DNA of 64,000 nucleotides from Oscillospiraceae bacterium (GTDB lineage Bacteria; Bacillota; Clostridia; Oscillospirales; Ruminococcaceae): NCBI GenBank assembly GCA_022791945.1, contig JAAVZY010000021.1, positions 3,295 to 67,294 of the forward strand, read 5' to 3'. Shown piece by piece: positions 54,292 to 64,000 of this stretch (position 1 is its first letter; each line of letters starts with the position of its first letter). The notes under the pieces were generated by a model. It saw only the letters and a program-made list of their open reading frames with translations, ran no database searches and was not told where the DNA came from. The position numbers and the translations under genes were made by a program.

Positions 54292-54520
54292 ACCCCGGAT
54301 GCACAAATCAGTATATGCAGGCAGGAAATCCTTTTGGGGATTTCCTGCTATTTTTAAGCTTTTCAGTTAATAGGATTCCAAAGGGACGTGTCCCTGACGC
54401 ACCGCTGTCCTCGGGGCCTTTCCCCATAAAGGAAAAATTTAACTGAAGGGATTGAAAAGGGAGGGGAGGTGTCGATTAATTGATTAAGAGTATATCCCGC
54501 GTTTGGGAGGGGGACTGGAT

Positions 54521-57876
<3,356 letters not shown>

Positions 57877-57913
57877 TGCCTATACAGGCAAACTCCTTTA
57901 CAGAAAAAAGAAT

Positions 57914-57960
57914 AGGAATCCAAGGGGACGCGTCCACGATGCGCCGCCCTCGAGGTCTTC
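57914..57960. repeat. Minimal fragment of the mosaic repeat between ligA and gatC
   Basis: ggaatccaaggggacgcgtcc-acgatgcgccgcc-ctcgaggtcttc: three half-modules fused within 47 bp. Confidence 0.7.
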
Positions 57961-57980
57961 AACGAAGGAGGCAGATTATA

Positions 57981-58253
57981 ATGAAAGCGGATATCAATCA
58001 TCTGGCCGGTCTGGCCAGGCTGCATATCACACCGGAGCAGGCGGAGAGGTTTGAAGCGCAGATGGAAGGGATACTGGAAATGGTGGAGAAGCTGCCGCCC
58101 ATTTCCGGGGAAGATCGGCTGGTGGATCCGGCCAATCCCATGAGCTTCCGTCCGGACTGCCCGGAAAACCATTTCAAGCGGGAGGAGATCCTGAAAAACG
58201 CGCCCCAGGTTCAGGCGGGCTGCGTGGTCGTGCCCAAGATGATCGACGAGTAA
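57981..58253 (+). CDS. gatC: Asp-tRNA(Asn)/Glu-tRNA(Gln) amidotransferase subunit C
   Basis: 90 aa. INHLAGLARLHITPEQAERF..LEMVEKL is the GatC pattern. RBS gaaggagg. Precedes gatA and gatB. Confidence 0.9.
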   Translation: MKADINHLAGLARLHITPEQAERFEAQMEGILEMVEKLPPISGEDRLVDPANPMSFRPDCPENHFKREEILKNAPQVQAGCVVVPKMIDE

Positions 58254-58295
58254 CTCCCTGTAGCAGCCTGCAAAACAGCTTTCCTGTGCGCGTGG

Positions 58296-58781
58296 TCGGG
58301 CAAGGCGCCGCGAGACGCTGTCTCGCGCTCTGCCAAAGGGACGCGTCCCTTTGGAATCCCATCTTTTTTAAGGGCTTATCAAGGGCGGAAAAGGGGTGGG
58401 GTCAAGTCTGTAGAGACTTCCGGCTTTCTGCCACGCAGAGAGTCTGATTCACGCAGTACGCTTTTTTCGTAAAGAAAAAAGCTCCCCCCTGCGTGCGGGA
58501 TACTTCCTGCGCCGCAGAGGGTATGCGCGCAGCAGAGCACACCCGAAACGTTCTGCGTCGCAGACGCTACGCCGCCTACCCATTTTTTCTTTACGAAAAA
58601 ATGGGTAGGCGGGCAATCGACCGCGCAGGGAGAATCAGCGAGGCAGGAATTGAAATCCTACACCCCCATACCCCTCAAAAAGATGGGAATCCAAGGGGAC
58701 GCGTCCCCTTGGCGAGAGCTCGAGAGCAGAGCTCTCGAGGTCTTTCCCTTCCGAACACCCAGAGATCCTGAACAGGCTCTA
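58296..58781. repeat. Mosaic multi-hairpin repeat, full copy, inserted between gatC and gatA
   Basis: tcgggcaaggcgccgcgagacgctgtctcgcg..ccaaagggacgcgtccctttgg at the left. ccaaggggacgcgtccccttgg..ctcgagagcagagctctcgag..cagagatcctgaacaggctct at the right. Confidence 0.9.
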
Positions 58782-58805
58782 AGGAAAAGAAAGGACTGTA
58801 TAACG

Positions 58806-60239
58806 ATGGAATTATATGAACGCACTGCCTCGGAGCTTTCCCGGATGCTGCGGAACGGGGAGTGCAGCGCCCTGGAGATTGCCCGCTCCCAGCTGGAGCA
58901 GATCTGCCGGAAGGAGGAGCAGATCGGGGCATACATCACCGTAACGGAGGAGCTGGCCCTGCGGCAGGCGGAAGCGGTGGACGCAAAGCGCGCCAAGGGA
59001 GAGCCCTTGGGCCTGCTGGCCGGTATTCCCGTAGGCGTCAAGGATAATATCTGCACCAAGGATGTGCTGACCACCTGTGCCTCGAAAATGCTCTCCAACT
59101 TCGTTCCCCCCTACAACGCCACCGTTGTGGACAAGCTCCTGGCGGAGGACGCGGTCATCACTGGCAAGCTGAACATGGACGAATTCGCTATGGGATCCTC
59201 CTGCGAAAATTCTTACTATAAAAAGACCCGGAACCCCCACGACCCGGAACGGGTGCCCGGCGGATCCTCCGGCGGAAGCGCGGCGGCAGTGGCCGCCATG
59301 GAGGCTGTTTTGGCCCTGGGTTCCGATACAGGCGGCTCCATCCGGCTTCCGGCGTCCTACTGCGGGGTGGTGGGCCTCAAGCCTACCTACGGAAGCGTTT
59401 CCCGGTACGGCCTGGTAGCCTTCGCCTCCTCCCTGGATCAGATCGGCCCCTTCGGCCGGACGGTGGAGGATACGGCCCTTCTGCATTCTGTCCTCTGCGG
59501 AAGGGATCGGATGGACGCCACCTCTGTGGAGCGTTCCTATGGGAACTTTCACGAGGCGCTTCAGCCGGAGGCAAAGGGCCTGCGGATCGGTATCCCCAAG
59601 GAGTATTTCGGCCCCGGCATCAGCCCGGAGGTGAAGGAAGCGGTTCACGCCGCCGCCAAGGTCCTGGAGGAAAACGGGAGCATCCTGAAGGAGGTTTCCC
59701 TGCCCAGCACAGATCACGCCCTGTCTGTGTACTATATCATCTCCTCCGCAGAGGCGTCCTCCAACCTGGCCCGGTTCGACGGGGTGAAGTACGGCTATCG
59801 GACGGAGAACTATACCACCCTGACGGAGCTGTATGAGAATACCCGCAGCGAGGGCTTCGGCGACGAGGTGAAGCGCCGGATTCTGCTGGGCACCTTTGTG
59901 CTGAGCAGCGGCTACTACGACGCCTACTATAAGCGGGCCAAGCTGATGCAGAAGCAGATCCAGCAGGAGTTTGAGGATATCTTCCAGGAGTGCGACCTGC
60001 TGCTGACCCCTACCGGCACGGATACGGCCTTCCGGATTGGAGAAAAGCTGGATGATCCCTTGAAGATGTATCAGAACGACATCTGCACCGTAACGGTTAA
60101 CATCGCCGGACTGCCCGCGCTGAGCCTGCCCTGCGGAACCAGCCGGGAGGGGATGCCCATCGGGATGCAGCTGATCGGGCCCAAGTTTGAGGAGCAGCGG
60201 CTGTTCAATACCGCCAGGGCCTATGAGACCCTGACTTAA
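58806..60239 (+). CDS. gatA: Glutamyl-tRNA(Gln) amidotransferase subunit A
   Basis: ATG at 58806. Amidase signature GGSSGGSAAAVAA and GSDTGGSIRLPAS. 477 aa. The listed ORF start at 58650 lies inside the repeat. Confidence 0.95.
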   Translation: MELYERTASELSRMLRNGECSALEIARSQLEQICRKEEQIGAYITVTEELALRQAEAVDAKRAKGEPLGLLAGIPVGVKDNICTKDVLTTCASKMLSNFVPPYNATVVDKLLAEDAVITGKLNMDEFAMGSSCENSYYKKTRNPHDPERVPGGSSGGSAAAVAAMEAVLALGSDTGGSIRLPASYCGVVGLKPTYGSVSRYGLVAFASSLDQIGPFGRTVEDTALLHSVLCGRDRMDATSVERSYGNFHEALQPEAKGLRIGIPKEYFGPGISPEVKEAVHAAAKVLEENGSILKEVSLPSTDHALSVYYIISSAEASSNLARFDGVKYGYRTENYTTLTELYENTRSEGFGDEVKRRILLGTFVLSSGYYDAYYKRAKLMQKQIQQEFEDIFQECDLLLTPTGTDTAFRIGEKLDDPLKMYQNDICTVTVNIAGLPALSLPCGTSREGMPIGMQLIGPKFEEQRLFNTARAYETLT

Positions 60240-60244
60240 AGGAA

Positions 60245-60385
60245 TGGGAATCTAAGGGGAATCCCTTCCCGATGCGCCGCCAGCGGCGCATTTCAGAATT
60301 CGGCGAAGACGAATTCTTAGGTGCGTTGTGAAACGACGCACCGCGGAGCCCAAAGCAGAGCCTCGGGGTCTTGGCCCTGCTCCAA
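60245..60385. repeat. Mosaic repeat, partial copy (end modules only) between gatA and gatB
   Basis: gggaatctaaggggaatccc, gatgcgccgccagcggcgcat, gaattcggcgaagacgaattc, gtgcgttgtgaaacgacgcac, then a degenerate terminal stem. Confidence 0.8.
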
Positions 60386-60425
60386 GTGCCGGACAGAATT
60401 TACGCAGGAAAGGAATGCTCGTTGA

Positions 60426-61853
60426 ATGGACTATGAAATGGTCATCGGCTTGGAGGTTCACGCAGAGCTTTCAACCGATTCAAAAATATATTGCAGCTGC
60501 CGGAATGAATTCGGCCTGGAAGTCAATACCCGCTGCTGCCCCATCTGCACCGGGATGCCTGGCACCCTTCCCACCCTGAATGAAAAGGTGGTGGAGTACG
60601 CGGTGAAAATGGGCTGCGCTCTGGGCTGTTCCATCAACCGGGTCTGCAAGCAGGATCGAAAGAACTATTTCTATCCGGATTTGCCCAAGGCTTACCAGAT
60701 TTCCCAGTTTGATATCCCCCTGTGCGAAAACGGCCATGTGGATATTCTGGTGGACGGGGAGGAAAAGCGGATCGGCGTCACCCGGATCCACATTGAGGAG
60801 GATGCGGGCAAGCTCCTCCATGGGGACAGCTTCGCTGGCTCCCTGGTGGACTTCAACCGGTGCGGCGTACCGCTGATTGAGATTGTCTCCGAGCCGGATA
60901 TGCGCTCCTCCAGGGAGGCCAAGGCCTACCTGGAAACCATCCGTTCCATTTTGCAGTATCTGGACATTTCCGACTGCAAAATGCAGGAGGGTTCCATCCG
61001 GTGCGACGTGAATGTCTCCGTTATGGAGAAGGGGAGCGGCCGGTTCGGCACACGCTGTGAGATGAAAAATGTCAACTCCTTCAGCGGCGCGGTGCGGGCC
61101 ATTGAGTATGAGGCCGCCCGGCAGATTGCCATTCTGGAGCAGGGCGGAACCATCCAGCAGGAAACCCGCCGCTGGGATGACGCCAAGGGCGAAAGCTTCT
61201 CTCTCCGGAGCAAGGAGGACGCTCACGATTACCGGTACTTCCCCGAGCCGGATCTGCCCACCATCGTGCTGGAGGAGGGGTATGTGGAGCGGATACAGGC
61301 ATCCATTCCTGAGCTGCCCAACCGGCGGATCGCCCGGTATATCCGTGACTACGGGCTCTCCCAGGTAGAGGCTACTTTATTGGTAGAGGCTATGGATAAG
61401 GCGGAGCTGTTTGAAACCGCGGCGGCGGAGAAGAAGTGCTCTCCGCGGATTCTCTGCAACTGGCTCTTGGGGAACATTTCCCAGTATCTGAATGAAACAG
61501 GCAAGACCCTGGAGCAAACCGGCATCCGGGCGGAAGGACTGACGGAGCTGCTGGCGCTGATTGAAGGCGGAAAGATCTCCAATGCAGTTGGAAAGTCTGT
61601 CTTTGACGAGATGCTGGAAACAGGAAAGACTCCGGGAGAGATTGTAGCGGAGAAGGGGCTGACCCAGATTTCCGACGAGTCCGAGCTGGAGGCTGTTGTC
61701 CGGAGCGTGATGGACGCCAACGGAAAATCTATTGAGGACTATCACAACGGAAAGACCAACGCTTTGGGCTTCCTGGTGGGCCAGTGCATGAAGGCTACCA
61801 AGGGCCAGGGAAACCCGGCTAAGATGAAAGAAATCCTTCTGAAGCTGCTCTAA
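60426..61853 (+). CDS. gatB: Asp/Glu-tRNA amidotransferase subunit B
   Basis: N-terminus YEMVIGLEVHAELSTDSKIYCSC and VNSF..AIEYE are characteristic of GatB. 475 aa. Confidence 0.95.
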   Translation: MDYEMVIGLEVHAELSTDSKIYCSCRNEFGLEVNTRCCPICTGMPGTLPTLNEKVVEYAVKMGCALGCSINRVCKQDRKNYFYPDLPKAYQISQFDIPLCENGHVDILVDGEEKRIGVTRIHIEEDAGKLLHGDSFAGSLVDFNRCGVPLIEIVSEPDMRSSREAKAYLETIRSILQYLDISDCKMQEGSIRCDVNVSVMEKGSGRFGTRCEMKNVNSFSGAVRAIEYEAARQIAILEQGGTIQQETRRWDDAKGESFSLRSKEDAHDYRYFPEPDLPTIVLEEGYVERIQASIPELPNRRIARYIRDYGLSQVEATLLVEAMDKAELFETAAAEKKCSPRILCNWLLGNISQYLNETGKTLEQTGIRAEGLTELLALIEGGKISNAVGKSVFDEMLETGKTPGEIVAEKGLTQISDESELEAVVRSVMDANGKSIEDYHNGKTNALGFLVGQCMKATKGQGNPAKMKEILLKLL

Positions 61854-61857
61854 GCGT

Positions 61858-62390
61858 CCTCTGCGTGGCCGAAGGGCAAGGCCGCGAGACGCTGTCTCGC
61901 GCTCTGCGGTGCGTCGTTTCACGACGCACCTAGGAATTCGGCTTCGCCGAATTCTGAGATGCGCCGCTAGTGGCGCATCGTGGACGAGTCCCTTTGGAAT
62001 CCCATCTTTTTTAAGGGCTTTTGAAGGGTGGAAAAGGGGTGGAGTCAAGTCTGTAAAGACTTCCGTCCTCCTGCCACGCAGAGAGTCTGATTCCCGCAGT
62101 ACGCTTTTTTCGTAAAGAAAAAAGCTCCCTTCTGTGTGGCACAGTGTTTGACCCCGCAGAGAGTGTGTGTGCGGCAGAACACGCTCAAAGCTTTCTGCGT
62201 CGTACCGATTGCGCCGCTCGTAGAGCTGAACTTTTTCTTGACGAAAAAGTGGGTAGGCGGGCGATCGGCCACGCAGGGAGTATCAGCGAGGCAGGGACCG
62301 AAATCCTGCCCCCATAACCCCCAAAAGATGGGAATCCAAGGGGACGCGTCCCCTTGGCGAGAGCGCGAGAGCAGAGCTCTCGCGGCCTGG
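61858..62390. repeat. Mosaic multi-hairpin repeat, full copy with inverted triple-hairpin cassette
   Basis: cctctgcgtggcc-gaagggcaaggccgcgagacgctgtctcgcg, gtgcgtcgtttcacgacgcac, gaattcggcttcgccgaattc and gatgcgccgctagtggcgcatc at the left. ccaaggggacgcgtccccttgg..cgcgagagcagagctctcgcgg at the right. Confidence 0.9.
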
Positions 62391-62432
62391 CCCCCGTCCT
62401 GGACGAGCAAAAAATATCCGGAGGATATCATT

Positions 62433-63680
62433 ATGAATCAGTCCTATGTGATTGCACGAGAACAGTATAGGGATATCGGCGTGGATACGGACGCCGCTGT
62501 AGCGGCGCTGGAGCGGATTTCGATTTCCATGCAGTGCTGGCAGGGAGACGATGTGAGGGGATTCCTGTTCCGGGATCGAAGCCTGTCCGGGGGGATTCAG
62601 GCCACCGGGAACTATCCCGGACGGGCCCGCACGCCCCGGGAGCTTCGGGAGGACATGGAGGTTGCCTTGAGACTGGTTCCTGGCCATCACAGGGTCAGTC
62701 TGCACGCCATTTATGCGGATACGGAGGAGCAGCCGGATCTGGACAGTCTGGAGCCCTGCCATTTTGCCTCCTGGGTGGAATGGGCGAAGGAAAAGGGGCT
62801 GGGGCTGGATTTCAATCAGACCCTGTTCTCCCACCCCAGGGCGGAAAGCGGCTTCACCCTTTCCAGCGCTGATGAGGGGATCCGCTCCTTCTGGGTAGAG
62901 CACTGCAAACGGGCACGGGAGATCGGCGCCTACTTCGGCAGGGAGCTGAACAGCCGGTGCGTGACCAATCTCTGGATCGCGGACGGCTGGAAAGACACTC
63001 CCATTGACCGGGCGGGCCCCCGGCAGCGGCTGGAACGGTCCTTGAACGAGATCTACGCCCGGGAGCTGGATCCCCGGTACCATCTGGACGCTCTGGAAAG
63101 CAAGCTGTTCGGCATCGGCTCGGAGAGCTATGTGGTGGGCAGTCATGAGTTTTACATGGGCTACGCAGTGAAGCACGGAAAGGCGATTACCCTGGATACC
63201 GGCCATTTTCATCCCACGGAACAGGTGAGCAACAAGATTTCCGCCCTGCTGCTGTTTACGCCGGAGCTGTTGCTGCACGTTTCCCGGCCTGTCCGGTGGG
63301 ATTCGGATCATGTGGTCATTTTAGACGACGAGCTTCGGGAGATCGCTCACGAGCTGATTCGCGGGGATCTGTTGGATCGGGTACACATCGGGCTGGATTA
63401 CTTTGACGCCAGCATTAACCGGGTTGCGGCTTGGGTGATTGGAATGCGCAGTATGCAGAAGGCGCTGCTGCTGGCGCTGCTGGAGCCCTCTTCCGCCCTG
63501 AAGGAGCTGGAGCGCGCGGGCGATCTCACCGGGCGGCTGGCTTATCTGGAGAATTTGAAGTCCATGCCCTGGCAGGCGGTTTGGGAGTGGTTCTGCGAGA
63601 AGAACGGCGTCCCGCTGGACTGGCTGCCCCGGGTGCGGAGATATGAGATGGACGTGCTGGCAAACAGGGAGGCGCACTGA
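62433..63680 (+). CDS. rhaA: L-rhamnose isomerase
   Basis: ATG at 62433 after ccggagga. ISMQCWQGDDVRGF matches the RhaA N-terminal signature. 415 aa. Followed by rhaD. Confidence 0.9.
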   Translation: MNQSYVIAREQYRDIGVDTDAAVAALERISISMQCWQGDDVRGFLFRDRSLSGGIQATGNYPGRARTPRELREDMEVALRLVPGHHRVSLHAIYADTEEQPDLDSLEPCHFASWVEWAKEKGLGLDFNQTLFSHPRAESGFTLSSADEGIRSFWVEHCKRAREIGAYFGRELNSRCVTNLWIADGWKDTPIDRAGPRQRLERSLNEIYARELDPRYHLDALESKLFGIGSESYVVGSHEFYMGYAVKHGKAITLDTGHFHPTEQVSNKISALLLFTPELLLHVSRPVRWDSDHVVILDDELREIAHELIRGDLLDRVHIGLDYFDASINRVAAWVIGMRSMQKALLLALLEPSSALKELERAGDLTGRLAYLENLKSMPWQAVWEWFCEKNGVPLDWLPRVRRYEMDVLANREAH

Positions 63681-64000
63681 TGTATAACATATTGGAAGCG
63701 CCCTTCCTGCGGGAGGTATGCGGCGCGGCGGCGAACCTGTACCGTCTGGGCTGGGACGAGCGCAACGGAGGCAATATCAGCGTCCGGCTGGATCGGGAGC
63801 TGGCGGGGCGGTATCTGAGCGGAGCGGTGCGCAGCCGGACGGAGCTGGGCTTTGACGTGTCTCCGCTGGCAGGAGAGCTGTTCCTGGTCACAGGCAGCGG
63901 CAAATACTTTAAGAATGTGGCGGACTGCCCCCAGAATAACCTGGGAATCCTGCGGATAGGGGAGGACGGGCATACCCTGGAGCTTCTGTGGGGATTTGAG
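63680..64000 (+). CDS. rhaD: Rhamnulose-1-phosphate aldolase (5' part, runs off the window)
   Basis: The ATG overlaps the rhaA stop (TGATG). LGWDERNGGNISVRL parallels E. coli RhaD KGWDERNGGNLTLRL. Confidence 0.85.
   Translation, partial: MYNILEAPFLREVCGAAANLYRLGWDERNGGNISVRLDRELAGRYLSGAVRSRTELGFDVSPLAGELFLVTGSGKYFKNVADCPQNNLGILRIGEDGHTLELLWGFE

Larger units (their letters stand above)
50000..54400. mobile_element. Decayed integrative (Tn916-type xis-int) element remnant / pseudogene cluster, lower GC
   Basis: Intact int and xis point outward to the left boundary (~50000-50225). The interior consists of fragments of helicase, IS3 and IS110 transposases, an RNPP-like regulator and a cupin. 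GC drops abruptly relative to the flanks. The right boundary is approximate. Confidence 0.6.

Overview
High-GC (roughly 60-65% by eye) chromosomal segment that looks like a spore-forming Clostridia/Oscillospiraceae-type Firmicute; the taxon is inferred from gene content only. Four things stand out. (1) A co-directional + strand block of about 20 kb (2977-23475) carries a type VIIb-like secretion locus. It has YukD/EsaB, a 1524-aa EssC/FtsK-SpoIIIE ATPase, three WXG100-like genes and an LXG-like effector module. I do not see recognisable EssA, EssB or EsaA. Instead there is a Ser/Thr kinase-TM-TPR protein, two zinc-ribbon proteins, two vWA proteins (one vWA-TM-FHA) and a TPR/RCC1 propeller protein. 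(2) A convergent 5-gene operon (24033-32577, - strand) encodes SWIM, a helical 620-aa protein, a MoxR-like AAA+, a 759-aa protein and a vWA protein. It resembles the uncharacterised E. coli yehLMPQ-type cluster. (3) At least 15 full or partial copies of a modular multi-hairpin repeat of about 0.5 kb fill nearly every operon boundary. Some sit inside operons (gatC|gatA|gatB, the T7SS block, the AAA/vWA operon). Together they make up about 10% of the window. (4) A collagen-like G-X-Y gene with no in-frame start codon sits next to a GT-TPR gene. It abuts a decayed, lower-GC integrative element that has Tn916-type xis-int plus helicase, IS3, IS110, regulator and cupin fragments. The remaining genes are housekeeping or sugar metabolism: SDR, fucI-fucA-deoR, a sugar ABC importer, ligA, gatCAB, rhaA-rhaD, an Rsm22-like methyltransferase, a FAD protein, MBL and GNAT. 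I recognised no rRNA, tRNA or CRISPR array. All domain calls rest on motifs read by eye and need HMM or BLAST confirmation.
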